Shown here piece after piece: positions 10,610 through 23,424 of a stretch of 64,000 nucleotides of DNA; positions within the stretch are counted from its first letter, which is position 1; each line of letters begins with the position of its first letter. The stretch is taken from positions 62,001-126,000 of the forward strand of contig OZ025680.1 of the NCBI GenBank assembly GCA_964019335.1. The letters run 5' to 3'. Both the position numbers and the translations under genes were made by a program. The stretch is from Diplonema japonicum. Lineage: Eukaryota; Protista; Euglenozoa: Diplonemea. The notes under the pieces were generated by a model. The model did no database searches. It had not been told where the DNA came from and saw only the letters and a list, made by a program, of their open reading frames with translations.

Positions 10610-11728
10610 CTAGAACGCATATGACCTTGAAGACTTCGAGTGCTCCCGAAGCGACATAGCGATTGCCTCCCTCTCGCGTTGTATCTCGCGGGACAGCATT
10701 TCAAGCTCTTCGTCCTTTTTAAGCGAGGCTTCCACGTCGAAGTTATGCGCACGAGAACCAACAGGCGGAGCACGCGGGGTAAGCCTCTTGCTTTGCAAGG
10801 GCGTGATGGACGTGATGGCAGGCTCGTCGCTCAACAAGCGACTGGGAAACCGACGAGGGGTCACATCACGCACAGGTAGCACATGATGAATAGGTGGCGG
10901 GAGAGGCGGCTGGACAGGGAAAGGCGGAGGGCTTAACGCCCTTGGTATCTGCTCCGTCCTAACTGGTGAATGAAGAGTCTGATTGTAGTTGCTGGGCTGT
11001 TGTGTCATTTGCAGGGGTTTTACGTCGTCGTGCTTCTTAGCAGGCACGATCTCCACCTTCACCACGTCAGCGGTGGGGTCCAAATACCGCACATATGCAG
11101 CTGATGTCTTCACTGCAATGTTGTAGCGGCTCTGCAGCGCATTGTACATCCCCATGGCAATCTGTTGCTGGCTCTGCACGTCTCTTGCCTTCACAACGTA
11201 GTCCACCTTCATCCTCCATGTTGCGTCCACCAGGTTTGGGCTCTTCTCCGGCGGTACGATCCCATTCGATTCTTGGTGGTAGTGCAGCACCACGTTATCG
11301 ATTGTCCCCGGTGCGATGCGTAGCAGAACGTCCTCCGAGCGCGTCCCTCCCCCTACCTCCGACACAATGTCCTGCGACACCGCATCATGAAAGCTCTTGA
11401 TCACCTTCGGCACCACTTTTGCATTTTCATATTTGCTGTAGTTTACCCCTATTATGTGGAACGACCCTTTCACAATAGGATCCCGCAGCCCCACCAGTCC
11501 CGTGTCGAACGGCCACTTCTTGCTACATGTGTTCTGAGCTATTCTGTCCTCTGGTGCGAGGTCCTTCACATCGAACAGTGGCGGGATCAGGTTCTCCTGC
11601 GGCACCCGAGTGGTGCTCTTCTTCCCTAAGGGTTTGGGCTTCGTCTTTTTTTCTTCATCTTCTCTTTCCCTTTCTCTTTCCCTGTCCCTCCTGTCCTCTC
11701 TATCTCTGTACCTGTACTTTTCCGACAT
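10610..11728 (-). CDS. Hypothetical protein (charged N-terminus, central globular domain, Pro-rich linker, C-terminal coiled coil)
   Basis: Long ORF; likely start MSEKYRY at 11728, just after CACAG. Confidence 0.7.
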   Translation of the reverse strand: MSEKYRYRDREDRRDREREREREDEEKKTKPKPLGKKSTTRVPQENLIPPLFDVKDLAPEDRIAQNTCSKKWPFDTGLVGLRDPIVKGSFHIIGVNYSKYENAKVVPKVIKSFHDAVSQDIVSEVGGGTRSEDVLLRIAPGTIDNVVLHYHQESNGIVPPEKSPNLVDATWRMKVDYVVKARDVQSQQQIAMGMYNALQSRYNIAVKTSAAYVRYLDPTADVVKVEIVPAKKHDDVKPLQMTQQPSNYNQTLHSPVRTEQIPRALSPPPFPVQPPLPPPIHHVLPVRDVTPRRFPSRLLSDEPAITSITPLQSKRLTPRAPPVGSRAHNFDVEASLKKDEELEMLSREIQREREAIAMSLREHSKSSRSYAF

Positions 11729-11856
11729 GTTCCTGTGATGTGATTTAGTGAGCGTGGTGCTACAACAACTAAAGGGAGCCTTGCTTAAAACGTTCGTAGG
11801 ATGTAACACACAATGCAACATAACACAGCTCACTGGACATCCCGGGCGTGTTTTGC

Positions 11857-12696
11857 TTACAAGTGTTTGCTCCACTCGGACCATGACCCCACGTAAATCT
11901 TGGGTAACCCGAAGCCTGCGTGCTGGATGGCTGCTGCAGTAGTACAGGCAGTAACACCAGAGCCACAGTACACAATGGAGTCGTTGGCTGAGGTGTCGCC
12001 GAGTGACTTTTTGCAGAGACCCGAGAGGATTTCTTCGGGGACCAGGTTAGCAGTGTCGGTGAAGTTGGCCATGAAGGGGTGGTTGACTGCTGTGGGAATG
12101 TGCCCTGGCTGCTTGTCGGGGAAAGAGGGTTCTGTAGTGGACTCGTACCTGGCAGCAGAGCGGGCGTCGATGATCTTCATAGGGACGTTTTCCGCAAGGT
12201 TCTTCTTAATGCTTGCGATGTCGACGGTGTACGCGTCCCACGACTCCTGCGGTGTTGCAAAGTTGTCAGTCAGGCCCATTTTGGCTGACACAGCACCCTC
12301 TTCTTGCTTGTGCCCTGCCTCTGTCCATCCCTTGAAGCCTGTCTCCAAAATGCTTACGTCGGGGTACCCAAGGGTTGTCAGCATCCACCATGCCCTGGCC
12401 GCTGCACTCCCACCGCTCACACCATCGTAAGTGATGATCTTCTGGTCTGGGCCCAGCCCGTGCCTCACAAGCCACGCCTTGAAGACTTTAAACTCTGGCA
12501 GAGGATGCCTCCCGGACTCTTCTGTGATCTTCCCTGATAGCTCCTCCAAATCAAAGAACACAGCACCAGGTATCCTGCTCGTCTCGTACTGCTTTTTCCC
12601 CAAGCTGAGGTCCGTCAGCGACCATCTCACATCGACAAACCTAGCACCTTCGCTGCGTGCTGCTTCGGCAACGCTCAGAAACACGCGTTTGCTCAT
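11857..12696 (-). CDS. Tandem-domain rhodanese / 3-mercaptopyruvate sulfurtransferase (SseA-like)
   Basis: IPGAVFFD, GRHPLP, AARAWW, IDARSAARY, GHIP, active-site CGSGVTAC, YVGSWSEW. Confidence 0.93.
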   Translation of the reverse strand: MSKRVFLSVAEAARSEGARFVDVRWSLTDLSLGKKQYETSRIPGAVFFDLEELSGKITEESGRHPLPEFKVFKAWLVRHGLGPDQKIITYDGVSGGSAAARAWWMLTTLGYPDVSILETGFKGWTEAGHKQEEGAVSAKMGLTDNFATPQESWDAYTVDIASIKKNLAENVPMKIIDARSAARYESTTEPSFPDKQPGHIPTAVNHPFMANFTDTANLVPEEILSGLCKKSLGDTSANDSIVYCGSGVTACTTAAAIQHAGFGLPKIYVGSWSEWSKHL

Positions 12697-12840
12697 CTCG
12701 TCTGCAGTGAAGTCGCATGTGCACTAAAAAAGGAGATAAGAAGACACTGAACACTTAAGGAATAAGGGAAGGTGTAGAGGACAGTGGACATCACGGAACA
12801 ATTGCTTTTTCTTGTCGAAAAAGGAAATGTGCCCTGAGGC

Positions 12841-13700
12841 TTAGTGGTCACCCAGACCACGCTGGTACTTACCGTAACGGGAGCCACCCTTGTACGCCTC
12901 GGGCCACACATCCTCGGGGTACAGAAGTGATTCGTCTGTGAGGAAGCCAGTGGGGTTCAGGACGTCATCCGTGAGCTGTGTGTGTTGTTTAGGTTTTTTT
13001 CTTCCTTTTTCTTCCCCCCCATTATTACCTCAACATCCCCGTAGATGTCCTCAAGGAACTTTCTAGCATCCTTGGGCTCAGGCGAGGCAGCGGTCGAGTA
13101 GCCCAGGGTCCACAGGATCTCCTTTGCCATTATTTCCACAGGTCCTTGGTCGATGATCGCAATCTGTGTTCTTGTGTCGTGTTCCCCCCCCCCCCCCCCC
13201 CCCCCACACACACCTTGGTACCATCGTCATCGTAGTACACAGGGCCCCCGTTCAGGGAGATGTGCTTCCCGTCGATGTCGATGACAGGAGCGTCCATGAT
13301 GGAGAACTGTTTCAGCACACGGTGCGGGTCGCTGATGTCTGCCTGCATCTGGAGCTGCACGATGTCGCAGTTGTCACCCACTTCCTTCACTCTCGCAAGG
13401 GTCATCTCGTCCGTGGCCCAGGCGTAGTGGTTCTTTAGCATCTGTAGTTGTGTTGTGTTGTGTTATGCTGTGCTGTCCTTTCATACCTCTCTGATGTGCG
13501 GTCTCTTGATGATCGACCTGAACACCACCTCAAGCGAGTGGTTGTCCCATCCCTTCCCGAAGATCCCGCCCTGTTGTTGTGTGTTGTTGGTCAGCTTTAA
13601 TTCTTTTTTTTTTCGTTCACACCTCCGGGGCAGGGTTCATCTTCCTCTCCTTCCAGCTGCTCGCTGCTCGGAGCTGGCTGCTGAGCACGCGCTTCATCAT
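12841..13700 (-). CDS. Euglenozoan cytochrome c oxidase subunit V-like protein, copy 1 (5 exons: 13700-13623, 13570-13487, 13441-13214, 13163-13029, 12975-12841; 219 aa)
   Basis: Four GT-AG introns splice into one frame with a mitochondrial-type leader (MMKRVLSSQLRAAS). IFGKGWDNHSLE...KRP and SDPHRVLKQFSIMDAPVID resemble trypanosomatid COX V as I recall it. Confidence 0.75.
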
Positions 13701-13785
13701 TTTCTTTTACCCTGGGTACGATTTGAAAATTTGAACTGACAAGCAACGGTAATTACAAGTACACGCCACATGGGAGAATCCAGAC

Positions 13786-16700
13786 TCAGAGTCTGAAGGC
13801 GGTGTGGTCGAGCCGGCACTCGGCCTCGATAGACTTCCAGATGAAGTCGGGGGTAACGAAAGATAGGGATGGGTGTTGTGTCTGGATGTACCTGAGGGAT
13901 GCGTTCTGGGATAAAACCACCACACAAGTGGCAGGGTCCTCGAAGCCCTCCACCACATCGCCGTCGTGCGCCACGATGTACTGCTCGAGGTCGTCACGTG
14001 CAGACTGGTCATCAGGACTTGAGTGTATGTAGAAGCAGCAGTCGTTGAAGATGGCAGGGATAGCGCCATCAGCGGCTTGTGCGGGCACTGCTTTTGGTGC
14101 CTCAGCCGCAGGCGTCTCAGCCGCGGGTTTGGTACTGTTGCCATTGGGGTCGTATGTGTACTGAGCGAATGGCAGTTTCGTGCTCTTCTTGATGCAGTCG
14201 TTGATGTAATCCCTCGTTACCACGGGGCGCTTGCCTACCACTGCGTCGTACAGCTCGGTCATTGTCTCACATACAACAAAAGTGCAGCCTGTCCAGGCGT
14301 CCAACACTTGCCCCCCAAGAAGCTGCACACGCTTCTTGATCGTCTCCTTCTCCACAGCACGGTACCCGCTCACAACTACTTTTTCGTTTTTCAAAATGTC
14401 TTCCAAATTCTCAAACATCTTCGACGTGCTGCTGTTGCTGTTCCTCGACAGCTGCCGAGGCGGAGACAGTGTGGGCGAACGGCCCTGCGATCTTCCGCTG
14501 CTGTCCCGCCTCCGTTCCACACTCAGCATGCCTTCAGTCATAAGGGACATAATCTCCTCTCTCTCGTTAGCGTTAGGCGTGTGGTCGCTGCACAGCTTCT
14601 TTGCAGGCTTCGGTGTGCTGAACAAGCTGTCGGCGCGCTTCCGCTTCTTGTTCACCTCGTTGAACTCACCTACGTCGCTCTTGTTACGGACGTAGACCTT
14701 GACAGGGATGCTTGCCGCCTGTTCCGCTATCATGCTATTGACCTCACCCCACGGAACCCCTTCCACACGCACTACATGCATCGCAGCGCCCTTCTTCCCG
14801 CACCACGCTGCAATCTTCTTAAAGCCCTCCGCAAATGCTTTGGCCTCAAACTTGGGTGCTACACCCTTCTTTGGTTGACCCTGACCGATCACTGAACCCA
14901 CCCACAGTTCCCCAGTGCTGGTATACGGGTCGGTCACTCGGATGATTTGCACGTCTCCTAGCTTCAGGTTTCCCGAGTGCTCGTCATACTGCTCTTGTGG
15001 TTCGTCGCCAAGACTTCTGCTGATCTGCCCCATGGCACCCTTGCTCGACCATGTGCTGTTGAGGGCCACACAGTGTACCACTATTCTGATCATCGATGCA
15101 ACACTGTCCACCTGCCTGATGGCATCCCCTTGGCAATACTATGATAGTGTTGGTGGAGCCCTTGTTATTTATTCCAATACCTCCAGTGACCCCTTTGAAT
15201 TGTCCACCTGCATGGGTTCTGGTGTTTGATCGGAAGCTGCCTTACTGATGGGCGGTGACATTGGTTCCTCAGGCTCGTCATTCAGGGGGTCGTCTCCGTT
15301 ATCTTGCTCGGGTTCTGTAGCGGTCGTGACATGACATGAGGTGCATACCCTCCTCTAGCATCGACGGGAGCTTCACCATCGCTACCTGTCTGCTCGTCCG
15401 AACGATGGCACGCAACTGCGGCAAGTTGGTTGCGAGCTTCCAGGTTTTGTCATCACGGATCTTAACCACCTGCAGGCTTGTTGTGCATAGGTCCACATAC
15501 CCTAGGGAATCTGAGCGAGATCCCGTCTGCGGTGTGAGTAGGGCTCTTTGTGAACTCGGCACCTATGACCTCCCAAACTGGCGCTTCCTGTGTGTAGTAG
15601 TGCAAGGGCAAACTAAGGGGCTGCCTACCTTTGGGTCGCTGACGATGAAGTCGGGCACGTTGTGACTATGGATGTCCAGCCACGCAGGAGTCGAGGCCTT
15701 GTCTCCGGGCTGCATTGTGGGACGCAGCTCTTTGTTCAGCCGCTTGATGGTTGCATCGTCGTGCCCATTGCCCACCTTGCAGATAGTTTTCCACAGCTGG
15801 GTTTCCGGGTCGTAGCACCCCATAAGGAACACCGACAACAACCCACCAAAGTTCCCTGTGCCCCAGTTGGCACCTAAGACGACCAAGTCGGCCGAGTCTG
15901 CCATCCCCTTGAGGTAGTCCTTCTTCAGTTTGATCCATTTCCGAGCGCCGGGTGCGTACTCCGACTTAATGTCTTTCAGCACGAGGCCTTCCAGCCCACG
16001 GGAGATGGCGGCCTTCAAGTTCTTCCGGAGGAGCCCTTCCATGACGTTCTTGTCTCCCTTGATGTGTGTCATTTCCGACAGCATCACTCTGTTCGTCACC
16101 ACTTTGCAGTTCTGGTTCATTAACGAGCGCCGCTCTTCTATTGTGTGCTGCATCACGATCTCGCCGTTGATCTGCAGCACGTCAAACAAGAAGATGCACG
16201 TGCAGGCATCTGTGAAGCCCGCTTTCTTGTGCTTTCCCAACGTGCCGAAGGGCAACGGGACACCATTCTTCTTGTCCACCAGAAGGATCTCGCCGTCCCA
16301 GATGCACTCGGACATCCCACTAAAAGCGTCGTTCAGGTGTTTCTCGAGTCCCTCGTATTTGTCCTCTTTCATGGGCTTCAGGCCTCGTGACCAGAACGTG
16401 AAATCGGCGCCCTTTTTGTGGATTTGTATGCGCTCCCCATCGTACTTGATCTCAGAGAAGAAGGTGTTTGGGCATCGCTTGATAACGTCATCGATGTTCT
16501 GGGCTGCCCGTGCCAGCTGGGGGGAGATGGGTGTGTGCAGAAGGATGCCTCCCTTAGTTGCAGTTGGCAATTCGTCTCCACTGTCGCCGTCGTCGCCTGC
16601 CTGGCCTGTCATTTGCTTGACAACGAGTTCTAAGGAGGAGACGGACTTGTAGGCTTCGTAGGCAGTGGGGCCAAGGGCATCGAGAAGGCACTTGATGCCT

Positions 16701-17179
16701 GCACCGAGACGGAGGTCAAGTTTGATGATACGTAGCAACCATTTGAGGTCTTCACCGTTGCATCTACCGACCAGCTCCTCCAACACTGCTTGTTGTTTGA
16801 CTTCTGTTGTCACCCTGGACAGTGCTGTGAGCCGTTCGTCGACCTCTTTAACGGTCATCACTGATCGTTTCAGTTTCGCGGCCTTCACTTCCTTTATCGT
16901 TTCTGAGATGTCGCCGCTCTTGTTCACCTTCTCACGCAAGTCCTTCTCCGGCATGTCAATAACTCTGGAGAACAGGATGATGAGCTGCTTGTCTTGCATG
17001 TAGTACTTCCTCCCCGCCAGCTTCGGCAGCAGCATCTTGTACAACATGACAGCGTCCGCAGTGTACTTCGACAGGAACCCCTTCATGATTTCCGTCTTCA
17101 CCGTGTGCGCCCCTTCACTGGATAGCTGCTCGCACAACGAGCAAAACCCCTTCAAGGTGTTGAAAGCATTTTCTCCCAT
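13786..17179 (-). CDS. LIG3: DNA ligase III fused to a macrodomain and two BRCT domains (exons 17179-15629, 15587-15501, 15469-15349, 15314-15181, 15138-13786; ~1081 aa)
   Basis: SEIKYDGERIQIHK, DGEI, EGLVLK, KKDYL..MADSADLVVLGA, WEVIGAEFTKSPTHTADGISLRFPR. Four 31-42 nt GT-AG introns join the two track ORFs into one reading frame. Confidence 0.87.
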
Positions 17180-19339
17180 ATTAAAAGAGAATGCCCAGGG
17201 GAGGGGTGTGTGGGAGATGGGGCCCTGTAATAAGAAAACAATCATTCATAGGCAACATGGTACAATAATAACCAAAATAAGCAGGATATATGGTGAGGGG
17301 GATCAGGGGAAGTGTGCATGAAGGACAGGGATGACAGTAGTTTCGCTCTCTTTTTATTTGTTTTTGTTTCTCCTTTCTTTCATATATATGGGGAGGGGGG
17401 GGTTTTTTTTGGAGGCATCACCATGTAGGGGGAAAATGAACAAAAAAAAAAAAAAAAAAAACACCCCTCCTGCCAATCTTACTTCGACATATGTGGAAAA
17501 CAAAAAAAACGGGGGGAGACGGACGGAGAAACTCTAAGGGAAAAAACGGGGGGGAAACAAGAGAAATCGTGTCATTAAGCTGTTTTGGGAGGCCTTCTTT
17601 TGACACTTGCAAAGACTGCAAGGGTGGAAAACTGATATGCTGTACACTCTCTCTCCCCCCCCCCCCCCCCCCTCCCATTTTTTCTTTTTCAACATTATGC
17701 TTGATGTTTCCCTTTTCCCAGCCCCTCCTCCTATTCTTTTTTTTTTCTTTTTTTCCTTCGTAATATTTTCTTTTTTTTTTTACAACTTCCTTTCTTTCCT
17801 TTTTCTCTTTTTCTTCTTCAGTTTTCTTTTCCCCCTTCCTTTTCTTTTCTTGTAATATATAATATATTCTTTGAACCTGCCGTTCACCTAAGAGATGGAA
17901 TTGCTTGTGCGTAACGTGACTAGTACTAACCTGAGACAGGCACTGCCATTACTCTCTTTTGTTCTGTCTTACAAAAAACCGAACTTATTAAATACAAACA
18001 CAAAGCAGTCTTAGAAGCGGGAGCAATTTGTTGAAAATTGATCAGGGTAAAAAAAAAACTTCTTTCTTCTTATTTCTTGTGGGGGGGGGGAATAAAAATC
18101 ATTTTCCTTTCGCACTAAGGTGTATTAACAAACTTCAAAAAAAAAAAGAAAAAAGAAATCCCCACTTCCCCCCCCCCCCCCCCCCCCTCCTTTCCCACTA
18201 AATAGTGTCCTTTTCTTTGAAATATGATCGCGTTACCAAAAGTCTTAAACCGTTTGGCAAGGCAAAAACTCATCGTTGCCGCCCGTTCGAGATCGTTCTT
18301 TCTTTGTGCAGCCCTGGCCATTACTAGTCTGAGTTCACTGCACCAAAAATGTGCGAGACAAAGGAAGCCGATGGGGGCGCCCTGCACAAGCACTGTCTAC
18401 TTGATTACAGGGGTGCAAAAAAACAAAAAAACCGGGGGGGGTTTTTTTTTGAGCCAAAAACGTCGAAGATTGGGAGGACCCAACCTTATCATAATAACAA
18501 AAAATGTTCCCCCCCCCCTCTCTTTCCTCCACCCCCGGGATACAAAAAGGTCAGGCACTTTTTAAGCCTTCAAAAAAAAAAGAGGCAAAAAATGATAAAA
18601 GCTACAGGGCTCCAAGGAAGACTTTAAAAAAAGGGGGGGGGGGGCGCGGGCGAGAAACAGCTTTCCCTGCCCTTGTCCCGCAACTGTATTCTGTGAAAAA
18701 TCGATGGAGAAAAAAAAATAAAAAAAAGAGAAAATAGAGCCCTGTGCCCAGAAGTGTGCATGTGACGAGTAGAGAGCTTTGAGTGTTTAACGAGAGTCAA
18801 AAGAACAGGGGTCTGTAGAAGGTAGGAAACTGCCCAACGCTGCCCGACATGGTGTGGCATGACTATTGTTTAATATTGACAACAAGGGCAGGGTTGTGAA
18901 CCTACAAAAATGATTCACATTACTACATGTACCGTCGGAGTTAAAAAAAAAAGGAGGGGAAAAGAGATAATGGTGAAGTGGTTTTAACCCTCTAGAATTG
19001 GCCCATCTGGGTAACAAACAAACATTTATTACGGACTATGGTACCTTTAAGGACTCCAGAACCAATGATTTTTGCAACGTCAAAAAAGTGGATACACCCC
19101 CCTGGGTAAAACAGCCGTTTTCTAAAGGGTTAAAACAAATATATTACTGCTTCCTGCCCCCATTGCGTACAGTCATCTGATTCTTTGGACAGCCGACAGA
19201 ATCGAAAATTCTTTGGTACATTCTTTTTTTTTTTTTTTCTAGCCTTTTCTACAGGGTGAAGTCCTTTTAACGGTTCATTTTTTATTTTTTTCTTTATTTT
19301 GTAACACTCTGCTATCAGATTTCCTCTGCCTCTCATGTC

Positions 19340-21024
19340 TTAATGACTTCCCCGTCTGACAAAGAGTGACCGTGTCGGGGAGGCTGTGGTCTTCTTGACC
19401 TGTGTGGTGGTGCGTTGGAAGGGTGGCTTTGTGGAACGTGGTGAAGAGAAGGTGGTCGAGAGGGCTGCGAGCGGAGAGGTGTAGGTCTGAGAGTTCGCCT
19501 GGCGCTTTTTGCTGTCAGCACGTGAGCGCTTCGAAGTGGCCTCAGAGGCGGTGTCATTGGCAGGCCGCGCTGTGAGCTTTTCGAAGGGGGCGTCATCCTG
19601 CAATTTGTAAAAGCCTGTCTTCTTCTTCCCAACCCAAGACCCGTTCGTCCTCACGAAGGACGGCACGTCGATCTCGGGGCGCATCATGGACATCTCTTTC
19701 ACGAACTTCGCGACTTGCAACATGACCATGTCGTCATGCCTGATGCTGCCCCCCTGCAGGTCCCCGTAGTCCTCCACAACTAGCGCGCTGTGGATGTGCG
19801 GCCGCACGACCATGTGGTCGTTGTCCACCACCAGCGTGCTGCTCGTCGACCGCCTCAGCTTGACGATGTCCTTGACGTAGTCCCTCCTGTTCCCCCACCC
19901 CAGTGTGTCCCACGTCACAATGTAATCAAAGTGCTGCGCCATCCCAGGCGACTTTTTCAGTACGAACTTGGCCTGTGCCTCATTGCTCGCTGTCCACAGC
20001 ACCCTCTCTGCTTTGCAGTGCCCGAACTCATCCAGCGCCTCTAGCATGAACGGTCGAGGCACCACTGTGTCGTCCACGTTGTGTGCGTTCACCAAAGTCT
20101 GTTGGAATGTGCGGTCCACGTAAAGGGACATACCTGATCAAGGTCGAGGACAAGGGTGAAGGCATGCTTAGCAGCCTTCGGCGGTAGCGGCAGTGCGGCC
20201 ACGAAGATGGGCTGCTTCTTCCTCTTCGGTTGGTTCTGCGTCATGGTGACGCTCCTGCGCTGCGGGGATAGCACCGTGTCCACAGGCGTCGTGGGGGCGG
20301 GTGAAGGCACGGGCGTCATGGCAGACCCGTCGTCGGCAGTAGGCCTCGAGAAGGTAAGTGTCTGCGCCACGGATCTGGGAGAGAGCCCTGCCCATCTGGC
20401 GGTCCTTGGGGATGGGTTCACAGCGGACGATGTGGGGGTGGCCTTCTCAGGGGAAAGGACGGCGTGGGGCATGGTGGTCGCGCTTCTGGGAGTGACAGAG
20501 TCGTAGGGGGTGGCTTTGCTGGACCTGGGGGACGTAGGCTTTGGGGTCCTTTTGTTGGGTGCGATGATGGCCTGCCAGCTGACAGTGCCGCCCCCGCCCT
20601 GGGACAGGGACCGCACAGTGGTGGGGGTCATGGAACGCCTCCTGGCGCCTTGCTTGGAAGCAGGTGTGACTGACCTCTTGGGGGCATGCCCGGCAGGTGT
20701 TGCGGGGCCTCTCGCAGTGAGCGGTGGGGTCCTGGAGCGCTCCTTCTTGGTACCGGGGGACGAAGACTTCTTTGCAAACCGGTCACTGCTAGGGCTGTTG
20801 CTCCTCCACCGCGCCTTTACTTCCTCGGGGACACCCCTCTTCAATGGTCCTTGTGCCATCCTCGCCCGTTCCTTCCTTGCGGTGACCTCCCCCTCGTGGC
20901 CCACTGTGTCGTCCGTGCTACGGTCTTCCGTAACAGCCGAACTACCTGCTCCGGTCTCCTTCTCGAATTTCTTTATTGTGCTTACAGTAAACGGACTTTT
21001 CCCTCCCCCTACCTTACTGGGCAT
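19340..21024 (-). CDS. FCP/SCP-type (NIF) CTD-like phosphatase with Ser/Thr/Pro-rich N-terminus (intron 20099-20133)
   Basis: Splicing the 35-nt intron restores LVLDLDQ|TLV (DxDxT); also PRP, WTAS, YVKDI, VVDN. Confidence 0.88.
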
Positions 21025-21327
21025 CTTCCCTCTGTTACATGAAGGTAGTGGTTGGAAGAGAAAAAAAAAACAAAACGAAAAAAAAAAAAAAATAAAGACA
21101 TAAGGAAGGCAAAAAAAAGGGGGTGTGGGGTGAAGGAAAGAGAATAGAAAGAAAATATGAAGAGAGGGAAGAAAAAGAAATCTGGATCAGGGGAGGAGGA
21201 GGGTTCCTTGGCTTAAAGTTTTCCAAGGAGCTAGCAACAGACGGGAGAGGGGGGGGGGGGGGGGAGAAACACCAACGATACCCAAGCCTATCCAACTCTT
21301 CTCCTTTTTTCTTTTCCCCCCCATTCT

Positions 21328-21363
<36 letters not shown>

Positions 21364-23387
21364 CCATATTTTTCTCGGTTACAGAAAAAACCCACCTACT
21401 TCTTTGAACAAGTTGATTTTTTTAATTGGGGTGCAAATTTATTTTTATTTAAAGTAAACTATTTTCATGTAGTGGATCCCAAAGCAGGGGAGCTTAGAAT
21501 GAAACGAACGAGACGCCACAAAAAGTATAATAAGCACCCTGATGGCTCTTACAAAAGCATTTGGACCCAGTTAAAATACAAACGGTTCTATTCGTCTTTC
21601 CCACCCCATTCCTTCTTTCCTTCCTTTTAGTCTTGTTTCTTTTTTTTTTCTTTCTCTCTTTTTATTGATAACACATCTTGCAGCCTATTCTTTTTAGGTT
21701 CTTTTTAGGATTTTAGGATTGCCTCAAATAAAATCCGTATTTTCAGTTGCAAGATATGTCGCAGGGAGGGGAGGAAAATGTGTTCAAGCCTATTCATTTG
21801 AAGTGATCTGTGTACACAAAACCTTTTTCTCTTCCTTTTTTTTTTTTTTTTTTCTCGTACAGAATTATGATTTTGAATTCTTCAGGGACACAAACAACGA
21901 TTTATTTTTCTTTTTCTAAAAACAAAAAAAATGCGGTGAATTTCAAACATGGTTTTGTTTTGATCGCTTGTGAGCAAGGCATATGGAGAAAGGGAGTGGG
22001 GGAGGAGGAATAAAAGTGTGTTAGTTTATTCTCCTCCGCTCCCCTTTTTTTTTCTTTGCCTTGAGCCATATATCGTAGACTAGGAGAAAAAAAGTGTTGA
22101 AAGCAGGGGAGAAAAAGAGAGAAAAAAAAAAGAAACCCTATTTATTTAATTTTCCGGGAAGGGCCGCGAAAGGTTCTTTTTTTTAAGTCTAAAAAAAAGA
22201 GGGGGAAAAAAAAAGAGATTTTTCCAGTCAAGTAAGGCCTTCGTAAACTTTAAAAAAAAAAAAAAAAAAAAAAAAGTGATGTAATTTAATATTATTTTGG
22301 GGGCTCTTCTTGATGCATGTACTTTTATGATGCCTTCGTGCCAAGTGGCATAAAACACAGGCACTTAAGCCAGACGTCCGAAGGGATGGGCTAGAAGTGG
22401 TGCTGGGTAGGAAAATATAGAGGAAGAACAAAAAGGGGGCAGGAGAGAAAGGAAGGGGGAAAAAGGAAAACTGAAATTCTGTTAAGGACAGGTAAAGGTG
22501 CTCTTTTTCCCGCGGTCACTTTGCTGGCAAAAACCTCAGAAAGACAAAAGGTTAAAAACGGTGAGTAATAGACTTTGGTCCCACCCTTTGCCTTTCTTTA
22601 GTTATTCCATTGTGCTCCTAATTAAGGCATCTGTGAGAAGGCAAAGGATGCACAGTTCCTCTCGTTGGAAAAAAAAAAAAAAAAAGATTACACAGTTTTT
22701 TTTTCTCTTTTTTTTTCCCCCCCTTTCCCTTCTCTTCCTTTTATTTCCAACCCTTTTCAAAGAAAAAATAAAACTTGTTTCCACCCCACTACTCTTTTCC
22801 AACTGCAAAACATGGGGGCAAAAAAAAAAAAGATTTGCAGGATAAAAAGGGAAGAAAAAAAAAATAAAAAAAAAAAAAAAAAAGAACAACGGTGTTAACC
22901 CACGGGTGAGGCTTCGTGGAGAACACTCAAAACTTTTGTGTGAAAAAAAAATGAAAAAAAAAAAGTAAGATAGGCAGGCAATACAATAAAAGCTTTTTTG
23001 TTTAATATATGTTTGAGGTAGTACGGATTGTTACCCCACATGAGTTGTAAGGTGTATGCCTTCGATAGGCGCATCTTGAAAAAAGCAAATCCATTTTTTG
23101 TTTAAATTCCGGGGGAAGAAACCTGGGCTTTACTTTTTATTCTTTGTTCTTCTGCGCTACTTTGGTTGGTGGTAAAGGGGAGAAAAAAAAAAAGAACGAC
23201 GGGTATGTGAACTGCTTGCAACAACCCAAACTTCTTTTTGCTGGCGCCGCCCCATGCTGCCTATTTTTCTAATTCTTTTTTTTTTTTTGTGGTGGGAGAG
23301 AAAAAAAAAAAAGAGGCTAGCATTTTTTTTTCTTTTTTTCAAACGGGGCTTTCAAACAAGAAAAAAAAAAAAAAAAGAAAGTGCCCC

Positions 23388-23424
23388 ACATTTAAGGGTA
23401 CCTGCGGTATGTGGCAGGACGCCT
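23388..23424. repeat. Hairpin element, type B (copy 2 of 6)
   Basis: ACATTTAAGGGTACCTGCGGTATGTGGCAGGACGCCT, identical to the cores at 62294 and 62963. Confidence 0.85.
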
